From: an uncultured Flavobacteriales bacterium | GTDB lineage: Bacteria; Bacteroidota; Bacteroidia; Flavobacteriales_D; Sanyastnellaceae | Direction: 5' to 3' | DNA: 64,000 nt | NCBI GenBank assembly: GCA_938074325.1 | Contig: CALJFZ010000029.1 | Location: forward strand, 12,292-76,291 | Part shown: in pieces, positions 8,936 through 19,195 of the stretch | Numbering within the stretch: position 1 is the stretch's first letter | Layout: every line of letters begins with the position of its first letter | The notes under the pieces: generated by a model | What the model was told of the DNA's origin: nothing | Databases searched by the model: none | The model's input: only the letters and a program-made list of their open reading frames with translations | Position numbers and translations under genes: made by a program

Positions 8936-10027
8936 GTGCTAAAAACCGACGATAGCCCGATGATGATTGATACAAAGCCCTCCTTCGACATTCACCAAAC
9001 CGAGACTTCTCGTCTCGAACAGGTTGACTTTGAAAACCTAGATTTTGGCCGGGTCTTTTCCGATCACATGTTCGTCATGGAATACGAGAACGGAGTTTGG
9101 CAACGCGGCAAAATCGAGCCGTACGGACCTTTCACCATGAGTCCAGCCTCCATGGTCTTCCACTACGGCCAAGCGATTTTCGAAGGCATGAAGGCCTACC
9201 GCAGTGAGAATGGGGACGTAACCCTGTTCCGACCAGGGAAAAACATCGCACGATTCAACCAGTCCGCAACACGCATGTGCATGCCCACGGTTCCGGAAGA
9301 TATTTTCATGGAAGCACTGGCCGCGTTGGTAAAGTTGGACCAAAACTGGGTGCCAGGAGGAGATGACGCATCGTTGTACATCCGACCGTTTATGATCGCT
9401 ACAGATTCCTACGTCGGAGTCAAGGCAAGTGACAAGTATGCATTCAGTATTTTCACCTGTCCGGTAGGAGCCTACTACAAGGGGTCTGTGAAAGTCAAGG
9501 TGGAGCGAAAGTTCACCCGAGCTGCAGAAGGTGGTACGGGGTATGCGAAGGCAGCCGGTAATTACGCTGGGTCGCTTTACCCATCCATGCTGGCTCGCAA
9601 AGAAGGGTACGACCAACTGATTTGGACCGATGCCAAAAACCACGAGTACATCGAGGAGAGTGGCACGATGAATGCCATGTTCGTTGTTGATGGAACTTTG
9701 GTCTCACCACAGACAAGCGAAACCATTTTGGACGGTGTCACACGAAATTCCGTGTTGCAACTCGCAGAAGACTTGGGCATTCCTGTCGAAATTCGGCGCA
9801 TCACGGTGGAAGAATTGCGAAAGGGCCTCGCAGTAGGCAAGGTCACAGAGGCTTTTGGGGTTGGAACTGCAGCCACCATTAAGCCCATCGACGAAATTGG
9901 CATTGACGGCATCAATTACCCACTGCACGCTTCAACTCCATCCGTATCTTCTCTGTTGCTCAATGAACTCGATGGCATTCGCAGAGGTAAAATCGAAGAT
10001 CGACATAACTGGAACATTCCCGTTTGA
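8936..10027 (+). CDS. ilvE: Branched-chain amino acid aminotransferase
   Basis: HYGQAIFEGMKA, LYIRPF, AKAAGNY (PLP Lys), ILDGVTR and GTAA. Start uncertain (GTG 8936 or ATG 8960/8963). Confidence 0.93.
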   Translation: MLKTDDSPMMIDTKPSFDIHQTETSRLEQVDFENLDFGRVFSDHMFVMEYENGVWQRGKIEPYGPFTMSPASMVFHYGQAIFEGMKAYRSENGDVTLFRPGKNIARFNQSATRMCMPTVPEDIFMEALAALVKLDQNWVPGGDDASLYIRPFMIATDSYVGVKASDKYAFSIFTCPVGAYYKGSVKVKVERKFTRAAEGGTGYAKAAGNYAGSLYPSMLARKEGYDQLIWTDAKNHEYIEESGTMNAMFVVDGTLVSPQTSETILDGVTRNSVLQLAEDLGIPVEIRRITVEELRKGLAVGKVTEAFGVGTAATIKPIDEIGIDGINYPLHASTPSVSSLLLNELDGIRRGKIEDRHNWNIPV

Positions 10028-11532
10028 AGTGTTTGTTTTCCATCAATAAGCAGTCCGCCTTCGGCTTTTGGGAGCTGGGCTTTACCGCACTGTTCACTCT
10101 AGCCTGCGCCCACGCATCTATTGCCCAAAGCAGGCACCTGACAGCAGGCACCGGAGCCACGCCTATGTCCTTGTCGGGAGACTACCGCTCACTTGGATGG
10201 AATCCGGGGCAATTGACCTTCTCACCGTTATTGGCAGATGAATGGAAATCAGCGGCCGGGGGACTCGAATTCGGCGCCAGAATTAGCTCCAACGTACTTG
10301 AAAGAGAGGATGTCTGGGATGGTATATTAGGGAGGAACACGGACGAGAGCGCGATTTGGAGCCAAGAGGATTGGTCCGATTATGTAGAGCTGCTTTCCAA
10401 TTCAAGCTTGGCGATCAATGCAGACGTAGTATCAGCCGCATCAGCCAAGCGATGGAGAAGTTGGGGCTTTGCCTACTCCAACACGCAGCATTTTCAAGCC
10501 GAAGCATTTTTCGGTGGCAATACCATGGCCTTGCTCGTTCAGGGCAACTCTCCCCAATGGTTGTCATTGTTCGATGCATTTATTACTGCTACTGGCGACA
10601 CCATCGCCAACGATGGAAGCCAAACAGCGGAAGAAATGTCGAATGCCATAGGCGGCATCAATTTCGATGCGGATGCTTTGCTTTCTGAGGTGTTGGGTGA
10701 CACCCGCTTGGGTTTCTCTTGGTACCGAAGCCACTGTATCGGTTTGGCAAAAGCTTGGGAGTTGGGTGATGTCATATTGCATACAGGCCTGAGCGGTAGA
10801 CTCTTGCTTGGAAACGGCTATTTCGCAGTTCAAAACACCGAAGAAGGCTTGGATGCCTTTGGCGCATTTTCCAATGGGTTCAACGTCGCACGTATTGCCG
10901 CTTTAACAAATGGATTGCCCACTGAGTTTGATCAAGTGCGCACGTGGGGACCAGTTGGGCAGGGTTGGGGCATTGATGTCGGCGGGGTGGTAGAATGGAA
11001 GGACATGGCCTGGGCGTCGGCATCAGTGACTGACATCGGGAGCATGGAATGGAGAGGAGAGTCCTACAGCGTCAACAGCGCACTCATGAATTGGAACTCG
11101 CCGGTAGCGAATCCGTCAAGCATTGCTAACATCGTGATCGGCGCCATGGATCCGGGAACATGGTTTGAAGAAGCCGACTATGAAATTCGTCAGGTCCCAC
11201 TTGGTGCGACTTTTCACTTAGGCGGTGGAGTGTACGTTGGGGACTTCATGCTGTTAGCGGCGGAGGCGGCATTTGACAACCCTGAATTGATGGGAAATGC
11301 TGGGACGCGTTTTGGTGCCTCAGCCATTTTCCGACCGGTCCGCTTTTTCCAGGCGGATATTGGACTCAGTAAATGGGGGGATGAAACAACTCGTGTGCCC
11401 GCGGGGTTAATGGTGAAAACAGGCAAAAAAGGATTCGAATGTGGTATTCAAGCTACGGACATTCAAGCATTGTGGAGACTGTCACAACCCGAGGTTGGTT
11501 TCAGAATGGTCGCCATGCGTTGGGTATGGTGA
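10024..11532 (+). CDS. Outer-membrane beta-barrel protein (DUF5723-like)
   Basis: N-terminal hydrophobic stretch, WNPG motif, G.G.DVG...DIGSMEW segment, aromatic C-terminal Trp. Start uncertain. Confidence 0.6.
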   Translation: MKCLFSINKQSAFGFWELGFTALFTLACAHASIAQSRHLTAGTGATPMSLSGDYRSLGWNPGQLTFSPLLADEWKSAAGGLEFGARISSNVLEREDVWDGILGRNTDESAIWSQEDWSDYVELLSNSSLAINADVVSAASAKRWRSWGFAYSNTQHFQAEAFFGGNTMALLVQGNSPQWLSLFDAFITATGDTIANDGSQTAEEMSNAIGGINFDADALLSEVLGDTRLGFSWYRSHCIGLAKAWELGDVILHTGLSGRLLLGNGYFAVQNTEEGLDAFGAFSNGFNVARIAALTNGLPTEFDQVRTWGPVGQGWGIDVGGVVEWKDMAWASASVTDIGSMEWRGESYSVNSALMNWNSPVANPSSIANIVIGAMDPGTWFEEADYEIRQVPLGATFHLGGGVYVGDFMLLAAEAAFDNPELMGNAGTRFGASAIFRPVRFFQADIGLSKWGDETTRVPAGLMVKTGKKGFECGIQATDIQALWRLSQPEVGFRMVAMRWVW

Positions 11533-12134
11533 GCTTAATGGTGATTTCGCTTTTGCATTCCAACCTTGTCACTTCCCAAACTACCTCGATGACTGAAGAA
11601 AGTTCCGTAAAAACCATTGCCCTTGGTGCTGGGTGCTTTTGGTGCGTTGAAGCTGTTTTCGAACAGTTAAATGGCGTATTATCTGCTGAGTCAGGCTACA
11701 TGGGTGGTCACATCAAAAACCCAGCATACCGTGAAGTTTGCACTGGTCGCACAGGCCATGCCGAAGTCGTAAAAGTGACGTACGACGCGGACAAAATCGG
11801 GCTCGCATCCTTGCTGGAGGTTTTCTTTGCAACGCACGATCCTACGACATTGAATCGCCAAGGCGCCGATGTGGGTACACAATACAGGTCCGCAATCTTT
11901 TTCAATTCTGAGGACGAGCGCAAAGTGGCTCATTCGGCCATCGAAAAAGCCCAACCCCGCTATACCGCTAAGATTGTGACGGAAGTGTCACCCGTTGAGC
12001 CGTTCTATCCAGCTGAAGATTACCATCAAGCCTATTACGAATTGAACGGCGAAGCCCCGTACTGCAAAGCGGTGATCGCACCAAAGATGAAGAAATTTCG
12101 AAGCGAGTTTGAGCCTTTGCTAAAGCTCAACTGA
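11526..12134 (+). CDS. msrA: Peptide-methionine (S)-S-oxide reductase, probably exported
   Basis: GCFWC, GHAEVV, HDPTTLNRQG, QYRS and AEDYHQ motifs. Confidence 0.95.
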   Translation: MVSLMVISLLHSNLVTSQTTSMTEESSVKTIALGAGCFWCVEAVFEQLNGVLSAESGYMGGHIKNPAYREVCTGRTGHAEVVKVTYDADKIGLASLLEVFFATHDPTTLNRQGADVGTQYRSAIFFNSEDERKVAHSAIEKAQPRYTAKIVTEVSPVEPFYPAEDYHQAYYELNGEAPYCKAVIAPKMKKFRSEFEPLLKLN

Positions 12135-12135
12135 C

Positions 12136-12690
12136 TCACTCTGCTTCTGACTCTTCGATGAGTTGATCAAGCAGCGCCTCAATTTCCTGTAGCTCTTGCT
12201 TGGTGATCGCATCATTTGCTTTTGCCATTTTCTTCATGTGCTTGTACATGGCGCTTTTACGCACTTCCATGGCAACATAGACCGTGTAGCTACCATCGTC
12301 AGCTAGGTATTTTTCATTGCCAATGATGCGAATGTCCGCAAGCTTCGTACTGGTGATCTCCCTTGCCAATGTTTCGAACCGATTCATAGCGTCATCAACG
12401 TGCTCACCTGTGGTCGTGCGCTGGTAGTCGTCAGTAACCACCTCGAAATATGTTTGAACTTGTTGGGCAAGTTGCTGTCGGGCCCGCATCTCCGCTTGGC
12501 TTTGCGCCACCTGGTCCATATTACTCGTCCCCTTACCTGTGCTTCTATAAAAGCGGTTGTTGGACTCATACTTGGATCCTGAAAATGGCTCCTTTACTGT
12601 CTTACCGAGTGGATTCGAGCAACCGGTGACGAGAAAGAAGGTCAGCGGCAACAAAAGGAACAGGGATAAGTTATTATTCAGCGTGCGCAT
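12136..12690 (-). CDS. Lipoprotein, LPP20-like
   Basis: Lipobox LVTG-C after a hydrophobic stretch starting at ATG 12690; A...A...AR.QLA helix typical of LPP20-like proteins. Confidence 0.65.
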   Translation of the reverse strand: MRTLNNNLSLFLLLPLTFFLVTGCSNPLGKTVKEPFSGSKYESNNRFYRSTGKGTSNMDQVAQSQAEMRARQQLAQQVQTYFEVVTDDYQRTTTGEHVDDAMNRFETLAREITSTKLADIRIIGNEKYLADDGSYTVYVAMEVRKSAMYKHMKKMAKANDAITKQELQEIEALLDQLIEESEAE

Positions 12691-12718
12691 GGGATTTCGT
12701 TTTAGATAGTTCGTACGA

Positions 12719-12735
12719 TGCGAATGTCGTGCCAA
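12719..12735 (-). promoter_or_regulatory. Sigma54-type promoter for the lipoprotein gene
   Basis: Minus strand reads TTGGCACGACATTCGCA (GG-N10-GC). Confidence 0.6.
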
Positions 12736-12768
12736 ACTTCGCATTAAATTTGTGTGGACACCAAAGCC

Positions 12769-13326
12769 GTGAGATTTTTACCAACATCCATCCGTCTGCG
12801 TGTGGCTGAGCGCATGTTACGCTCCATGAAAAAGGATGCGCGAACGAAGAAAGGGGTGAACCTCAGAGGAGCCCGTGACATCATCTTGACCTACACTGAG
12901 ACAGACGAGCGGAAATTCAAGTTGGTAAAGGACATCGCTCTCTATTTGAAGAAGGAGTATGACATCAAACGGGTCATGCGATTTGCCTACATCGCCGCAG
13001 AACAGAAAGCCGTGCCTGCCTGGCACATGCGGAAATTGGAGTCAGACTTTTTCTGCGAATCAGATCTGAATTGGTACCAACGGCCGGTGAAAAATGTGGA
13101 GTCTCATGTAAATGAGCCCTATGATATTTTGATTCATTTGGACCCCGATGAATCGTATGGATTGGATTTTTTCGTTGCCAGTTCAAAGGCGAAAATGAAG
13201 GTCGCTAACTTCTCGAAATCACGGCCCAGTGATTTTGACATTCTCATTCCTTCGGACCCGAAAGATTCCTGGAAACAGCGCAATCACCGCATCATTGAAT
13301 TCATTGGAGACTCGCCTTTGTCATGA
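12769..13326 (+). CDS. Conserved Bacteroidota protein (DUF6913-like) upstream of dapA
   Basis: DLNWY, YDILI and SKAKMKV motifs. TAAATTTG at 12745-12752 favours the GTG start at 12769. Stop overlaps the next gene. Confidence 0.65.
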   Translation: MRFLPTSIRLRVAERMLRSMKKDARTKKGVNLRGARDIILTYTETDERKFKLVKDIALYLKKEYDIKRVMRFAYIAAEQKAVPAWHMRKLESDFFCESDLNWYQRPVKNVESHVNEPYDILIHLDPDESYGLDFFVASSKAKMKVANFSKSRPSDFDILIPSDPKDSWKQRNHRIIEFIGDSPLS

Positions 13327-14243
13327 ATAAGAACATTAGACTGAGTGGAATGGGGGTCAATTTGGTCACCCCATTCAATGCAGCAGGAGAAATTGACTAC
13401 CCTGCATTGGAGCGACTGGTCCGAAAAATCAAGGCCTCTCCCGTTGAATTCATAGCAGTTAATGGCAGCGCCTCTGAGGCTGGGCTCTTAAGCCAAGAAG
13501 AATGCATGCGCACGTTGGAATTTGTTTCGGAGATCAATAACGGAACCAAGGTATTGATTGGCGGCCTCCCTGGAAGTGATACCCGCAGCAGTGTGCAACG
13601 TATCGCTACCTTTCCAAAACATACAACGTGCGCGGCTATTTGGTGCCACGAACCCCTGCCCAACGCCACCTCAGCTTCAGGATTCCTCGGGCACTTTCGA
13701 AGCCTGGCTCAAGCCTCGCCTTTGCCCATCATTGTTGAACACCGCACGGGCTCCTTCCCGCAAGCAGCGGAGGTCTTGATCGCCTTGTCAAAGGAGTTGA
13801 ATGTGTGTGGAATCGTTGAGGCCACAGGGGACGTCGCCCTCAATGGGGAATTGGTGCGGCGCACACCGGACAGAACCTTCACCCTGACAAGCAGGGACGT
13901 AATGACCTTACCGCTCATGGCTTTGGGCATAGATGGAGCCGTTTCTACCATCGCTAATGCATTCCCAAATGAATGCAGCGACATGATGGGTCAAATGGAG
14001 TTTGGGAATTTCCAAGAAGCACGAACCATCCACCACGCCATCGCACCGCTCCTCCGAATCCTCGAAACAGAAGGAGGGGCGTCGGGAATGAAGGCCATCC
14101 TGAATCACTTCAACTGGATGGAGAACCTGGTGCGCCTTCCAAACACACCTGTATCTGAAGATATTCGAAGCGCGATTTACCGCGAATTGGCAGACTTGCC
14201 GCAACGCATGGTTGAAAGCGCAATGATTGTGGCAGACGCTTAA
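13323..14243 (+). CDS. dapA: DapA (dihydrodipicolinate synthase)-fold protein lacking the catalytic residues
   Basis: Scaffold motifs LVTPF, EATG, S..AN and VRLP are kept. GTTGE becomes GSASE, PYY becomes PLP, LYN becomes VEH, and GIKEA becomes GIVEA. Confidence 0.8.
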   Translation: MNKNIRLSGMGVNLVTPFNAAGEIDYPALERLVRKIKASPVEFIAVNGSASEAGLLSQEECMRTLEFVSEINNGTKVLIGGLPGSDTRSSVQRIATFPKHTTCAAIWCHEPLPNATSASGFLGHFRSLAQASPLPIIVEHRTGSFPQAAEVLIALSKELNVCGIVEATGDVALNGELVRRTPDRTFTLTSRDVMTLPLMALGIDGAVSTIANAFPNECSDMMGQMEFGNFQEARTIHHAIAPLLRILETEGGASGMKAILNHFNWMENLVRLPNTPVSEDIRSAIYRELADLPQRMVESAMIVADA

Positions 14244-15223
14244 GCGACTGTCCCTGCAAAGCGCATGACGTCCTCGACCTTGGCCTCAATAGCCTTGGCG
14301 TTGAGGCCGTACTTTTCCATCAATTGTGCCGGTGTTCCGCTTTCACCAAAGGAATCCTCAACAGCCACCTGACGCATAGGAGTTGGATGATGTTCAGCTA
14401 GCAACTGAGCAACCATAGAACCCAATCCGCCAATTCGTTGGTGTTCTTCAGCCACAACAACGCAGCCTGTGCGCTTTACCGAATCCAAGATGGTTTGACC
14501 GTCAAGGGGCTTGATGGTGTGCACATTGATCACTTCGGCACGAACTCCGCGATCGAGCAGCGCTTGGCTCGCGAGCATCGCTTCCCATACCAAGTGCCCC
14601 GTCGCGACAATCGTGACATCGTTTCCTTCGGTCAACACTTGCGCTTTTCCAATCTCAAAGGGGGCGTCGGCTCGCATGAATACCGGCACCTTAGGACGGC
14701 CAAAACGCAAGTAAACGGGGCCTTCATGTTGGGCCACTGCAAGCGTTGCTTGACGGGTCTGCTCGAAATCAGCTGTGCAGATGACCGTCATGTGCGGCAG
14801 CATAGACATCATCCCCATGTCTTCAAGGATTTGATGCGTTGCACCGTCTTCTCCCAACGTGAGCCCCGCATGGGAAGCACAAATCTTGACATTCTTTCCC
14901 GAGTATGCAATGGACTGGCGGATTTGGTCATAAACGCGACCGGTCGAGAAATTCGCGAATGTTCCAGTAAAAGGGATTTTCCCACCAATGGTCATGCCGG
15001 CTGCCACGCCCATCATGTTGGCTTCGGCAATCCCAACTTGAAAGAACCGTTCGGGAAACGCGTTTTTGAAGCCACCCATTTTCAATGAGCCTGTGAGATC
15101 AGCGCAAAGGGCCACAATGTCGTCGTTTGCTTGCCCTGCCTGGAGCAAACCTTCGCCAAAACCACTTCGGGTGTCTTTAGATACCTCGGGAGTGAGGGAG
15201 TCGATGTAGCGTGAATTAACCAT
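14240..15223 (-). CDS. Transketolase C-terminal subunit
   Basis: ADLTGS, GIAEANM, GEDGATHQ, YLRFGR and EEHQ..GGLG. Start moved to ATG 15223. Confidence 0.93.
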   Translation of the reverse strand: MVNSRYIDSLTPEVSKDTRSGFGEGLLQAGQANDDIVALCADLTGSLKMGGFKNAFPERFFQVGIAEANMMGVAAGMTIGGKIPFTGTFANFSTGRVYDQIRQSIAYSGKNVKICASHAGLTLGEDGATHQILEDMGMMSMLPHMTVICTADFEQTRQATLAVAQHEGPVYLRFGRPKVPVFMRADAPFEIGKAQVLTEGNDVTIVATGHLVWEAMLASQALLDRGVRAEVINVHTIKPLDGQTILDSVKRTGCVVVAEEHQRIGGLGSMVAQLLAEHHPTPMRQVAVEDSFGESGTPAQLMEKYGLNAKAIEAKVEDVMRFAGTVA

Positions 15224-16622
15224 TGAGAGAAAGATGTGTAGTGAATCCGGATCGGATATTGATTGACTTGCTTGAAGAAAAGGCCATGGAGCGAGCTGCA
15301 CGAGAGCGGTACACCACCGTGTAATCTCCAGGCTGAAGGAGGAATCTACCAGAAGGGTTTCGCGTACCCTCGTCCCACTTGTAAACAACTTGGCCCGAAT
15401 CGCTGAGGATGGTTCCATAGCCTGCTGCAGCAACGTCAAGCTGCAAGTACCCGGGTTGGGGAATGATGACAGGTGCATCCACCCCTTCTTTGACCTGAAC
15501 GTTCTTGAGTCGAACAGGGGGGAAGGTCGGGAAGTACACGTCATATGTGCCGGCTAATACCTTTACGCGATCATTCAATCCCAGGGTAATAAGAGGCTCA
15601 GCACTGTCCGGCAAAAACAGGGTGATAGGCAAATCCCCGTATGCATTTCGCTCACCCCGCGCAAATTGCGGAATGAGGGTTCCTTGGCCTGCGTTTTCGA
15701 ATCGAACGTGATTGTGCTTCCTTGGCGTGAAGCGGACTGCATTGCGCTCCAGAGGCGGCACGGTATGGACGACAACGCGGTAAGTAGGCACGGGATCAAC
15801 AGGAATCGTATCTGGAACGCTTCCCGGACCTAACGTATGCACAAATCGCTCTAGCAGGGCTCCGCTGTGCTCATCGTACAGGCTGGTTGCCACATTTGAA
15901 ATCGACGCTGCCCCATCACCATCAATGAGGTCCACCTCAAACGACGTGTCTAGCATAGCTTGCTCAATGACGATGTCCAACACTTCCTGAAACGTCTCCG
16001 GATCAGTGGCGTCGAAGAAATTCCCCACGCAGCGGAAAGTATCCTTGTACTCTTCTTCCAGGCCAATTCCAATGATGAACGGCTTGACGACAATGCCCTC
16101 ATCCTGCAGCATCCGCGATACGGCACATGGGTCTTCGTCACAGGCCTCGATTCCATCTGTGATCAACACGATGACTTTCCGAGCATCTTCAGCGGGGAAA
16201 TCCTCTGCTGTCCTTTCAAGGGATCGAGCAATGGGGGTGGTGCCCCGGGCCTGAATTCGGCCCAACGCTTTTTGAATCAACAGGTTATTGCCTTCCGCAA
16301 GTGGCACTACCAATTCCGTATCATCACAATCTTGTTCCCCTTGTACAAACTGTGTTTGGTGGCCGTAAACGCGGAGACCCAACTTCAATCCGGGAATACC
16401 GTACAAGCTGGAGAGCGACTCAGAGAGAAGTGAAGTAGCCACTTCAATTTTACGCTTGCCCTCCCAATAAGCATTCATGCTATTCGAAGCATCAAAGACA
16501 AACAAAATATGCGTGTTGCCTTCAATGGGTTCGGACTCGGATGTTTGGCCATTGGCCAAGGCGAAAGCAAACCATGCAAAACACAAGGCCAGAACTGTCC
16601 TATGGGTTGCGAACTTGCTCAC
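15216..16622 (-). CDS. Exported von Willebrand factor A domain protein
   Basis: Signal peptide, MIDAS motif DASNS, GTTPIA and ITDGIEAC..DPC, followed by beta-rich domains. Confidence 0.85.
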   Translation of the reverse strand: MSKFATHRTVLALCFAWFAFALANGQTSESEPIEGNTHILFVFDASNSMNAYWEGKRKIEVATSLLSESLSSLYGIPGLKLGLRVYGHQTQFVQGEQDCDDTELVVPLAEGNNLLIQKALGRIQARGTTPIARSLERTAEDFPAEDARKVIVLITDGIEACDEDPCAVSRMLQDEGIVVKPFIIGIGLEEEYKDTFRCVGNFFDATDPETFQEVLDIVIEQAMLDTSFEVDLIDGDGAASISNVATSLYDEHSGALLERFVHTLGPGSVPDTIPVDPVPTYRVVVHTVPPLERNAVRFTPRKHNHVRFENAGQGTLIPQFARGERNAYGDLPITLFLPDSAEPLITLGLNDRVKVLAGTYDVYFPTFPPVRLKNVQVKEGVDAPVIIPQPGYLQLDVAAAGYGTILSDSGQVVYKWDEGTRNPSGRFLLQPGDYTVVYRSRAARSMAFSSSKSINIRSGFTTHLSLNG

Positions 16623-16650
16623 GTCTAAATCCAGCGCTGTTTTCTTTGAA

Positions 16651-17493
16651 TCAGTAGTCGTCCAAACCCGATGTCAACTGTGCCAATGCAGAAGCCAATT
16701 GGTCGTCGTTAGGAGCAATGCCATGCCACTCGTGGGTTCCTTCCATGAAATCCACTCCTTTGCCCATTTCGGTTTTCATGAGCACCACGGTGGGGCGCCC
16801 GGTTCCGCGGTTCTCTTTCGCCTTCGCAATAGCGTTGCGAAGCGCGTCAAAATCATGGCCATCACAAGTCAAAACATGCCAATTAAAGGCAGCCCATTTA
16901 CCTGCGAGGTCCCCAAGGTTCATGACGTCATCTGTTGACCCGTCGATTTGTTGGCCGTTGCAATCCACGAAGCTGATCAGGTTGTCGACTCCGTGATGCG
17001 GAGCGTACATCGCCGCTTCCCAAATTTGACCTTCCTGCAACTCGCCGTCGCCGTGGAGAGAAAACACCCAAGTGGATTCACCGTTGAGCTTCTTCACTTG
17101 AGCTGCACCAATGGCCGCGCTCAACCCTTGACCCAGTGAGCCCGAAGCAATGCGAATACCCGGCAATCCCTCTTCTGTGGCGGGGTGTCCTTGCAGGCGG
17201 GTATTTAACTTGCGAAAGGTCGCCAACTCCTCCACAGGGAAATAACCTCGTCGACTGAGAACTGAATACCACACGGGGCTGATGTGCCCGTTTGACAGGA
17301 AGAACAAATCTTCTTCGCGTCCGTCCATATCGAAAGCACTTGGGTCAATGCCCATTACCTCGAAATAAAGCAATGTGATCAGATCAGCACAACCGAGGCT
17401 TCCACCGGGGTGCCCAGAGGCAGCACCGTGCACCATTCGAACGATGTCGCGGCGCACTTGAGTGGCCATTTGATTCAGCGCTTGTTGTTCCAT
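16651..17493 (-). CDS. Transketolase N-terminal subunit
   Basis: SGHPGGS, LQGHP, GSLGQG and TPP motif GDGELQEG...N. Start moved to ATG 17493. Confidence 0.93.
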   Translation of the reverse strand: MEQQALNQMATQVRRDIVRMVHGAASGHPGGSLGCADLITLLYFEVMGIDPSAFDMDGREEDLFFLSNGHISPVWYSVLSRRGYFPVEELATFRKLNTRLQGHPATEEGLPGIRIASGSLGQGLSAAIGAAQVKKLNGESTWVFSLHGDGELQEGQIWEAAMYAPHHGVDNLISFVDCNGQQIDGSTDDVMNLGDLAGKWAAFNWHVLTCDGHDFDALRNAIAKAKENRGTGRPTVVLMKTEMGKGVDFMEGTHEWHGIAPNDDQLASALAQLTSGLDDY

Positions 17494-17636
17494 GGAGGGG
17501 TAACGTATTATTGGGTTGAAAACGTGCGTAAAACTACCGCAGAAGTCCATCCTCATGCGCGAATTGTTGAGAAAGTGTGAAAACCAATTGTCTCGGTCTA
17601 CCTACCTTCGCAACTCCTTAAAAACCTCCCATTCTC

Positions 17637-18734
17637 ATGGCCCTAAAATGCGGAATTGTTGGCCTCCCCAACGTCGGTAAATCCACCCTTTTCAATTGCC
17701 TTTCCAATGCGAAGGCTCAAAGCGCGAATTTTCCTTTTTGTACGATTGAGCCCAACGTCGGTGTCATTACCGTGCCCGACCCGCGCCTTCAGAAATTGGC
17801 GGAGTTGGTCAATCCACAAAACGTTGTTCCGACCACCGTCGAAATCGTGGACATTGCAGGCTTGGTGAAGGGGGCGAGCAAAGGAGAAGGATTGGGCAAC
17901 AAATTCCTCGGTAACATCCGGGAGACGGATGCCATCCTTCATGTTTTGCGCTGTTTTGACGATGGCAACGTGGTGCACGTAGATGGGAGCGTTGACCCCA
18001 TTCGAGACAAGGAAGTCATTGATATGGAACTCCAGCTCAAAGACCTTGAGACCGTTCAAGCCCGAGCCACCAAAATCAAAAAAGCAGCGCAGACTGGAGA
18101 TAAGGATGCTGCAAAAGCGTACGGGTTTTACGAGAAAGTATTGAATGCACTGGAGTCGGGGGCGTCTGCCCGCGCCGTAGAATTGGACGACTCGGAGATT
18201 CTCATGATGCGAGAATTGCAATTGCTCACTGCGAAGCCTGTCATGTACGTATGCAATGTAGATGAAAGTTCAGTGGTCAACGGCAACGACTACGTCGAAC
18301 AAGTTCGTCAAGCAGCTGAAAACGAGGGAGCTTCCATCATGATCATTGGCGCCGCAATTGAGGCCGATATCGCCGAACTGGAGACCCATGAAGAGCGCTC
18401 CATGTTTCTGGAGGACATGGGACTCGAGGAGGCCGGAGTAGCGAAACTCATTCGCAAGGCTTACGAACTCCTCGACCTCCAAACCTACTTCACTGCTGGA
18501 GAAAAAGAGGTGCGCGCTTGGACCTATCGAAGGGGGTACAAGGCGCCTCAAGCGGCGGGTGTCATCCACACGGATTTTGAGAAAGGTTTCATCCGGGCCG
18601 AAGTCATGAAGTACAATGATTTTGTGTCGTTGGGTTCAGAATCTGCCGTGAAAGAAGCGGGGAAGTTGAGTGTGGAAGGAAAGGAATACCTCGTCGAGGA
18701 CGGGGACATCATGCACTTTCGCTTCAACGTGTGA
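17637..18734 (+). CDS. ychF: Redox-regulated ATPase YchF
   Basis: [29 protein letters not shown] and C-terminal [10 protein letters not shown]. Confidence 0.98.
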   Translation: MALKCGIVGLPNVGKSTLFNCLSNAKAQSANFPFCTIEPNVGVITVPDPRLQKLAELVNPQNVVPTTVEIVDIAGLVKGASKGEGLGNKFLGNIRETDAILHVLRCFDDGNVVHVDGSVDPIRDKEVIDMELQLKDLETVQARATKIKKAAQTGDKDAAKAYGFYEKVLNALESGASARAVELDDSEILMMRELQLLTAKPVMYVCNVDESSVVNGNDYVEQVRQAAENEGASIMIIGAAIEADIAELETHEERSMFLEDMGLEEAGVAKLIRKAYELLDLQTYFTAGEKEVRAWTYRRGYKAPQAAGVIHTDFEKGFIRAEVMKYNDFVSLGSESAVKEAGKLSVEGKEYLVEDGDIMHFRFNV

Positions 18735-19186
18735 TGCGCTATTGGTCATACCTCCTCGTGGCAACTGCGCTCTTCGCAATGAGCTGCGCTGATCCTCACG
18801 CAGACTCCAGCACTTTGCCGGAGGCAGTAGTGGAAAAAATGGCTCGACAGGAAGTTGCATGGAATAGTGGTGACTTGGAGGCCTTCATGGAAGCGGCCTA
18901 CTGGAAAGACGAGCGCCTGGTTTTTGTCGGCAGCAAAGGCCCCACCTATGGCTACGAAGCAACTCTGAATAACTATATGAGGTCGTACGACTCGCCCGAA
19001 GCAATGGGCACGTTGTCGTTCGAGTTAATCGAGTGGCGGTCATTGGGACAAAAACATGGATACCTGCTGGGAAAGTGGGGCCTTCAACGCGGAGAGGATC
19101 TAGGTGATTTGAATGGACATTTCACCTTGGTTTGGGAACATCAGCCTACTGTAGGCTGGGTCATCATCGCCGATCACAGCAGCTGA
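18731..19186 (+). CDS. NTF2-like (DUF4440/YybH) lipoprotein
   Basis: Lipobox AMSC, AWNSGDLEAFM and the G.FTLVW...WVIIADHSS terminus. Confidence 0.8.
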   Translation: MMRYWSYLLVATALFAMSCADPHADSSTLPEAVVEKMARQEVAWNSGDLEAFMEAAYWKDERLVFVGSKGPTYGYEATLNNYMRSYDSPEAMGTLSFELIEWRSLGQKHGYLLGKWGLQRGEDLGDLNGHFTLVWEHQPTVGWVIIADHSS

Positions 19187-19195
19187 TCACGTAGC

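Noticed and set aside
17565..17590. DnaA-box-like words upstream of ychF
   Set aside because: Each has two or more mismatches; too weak to call.
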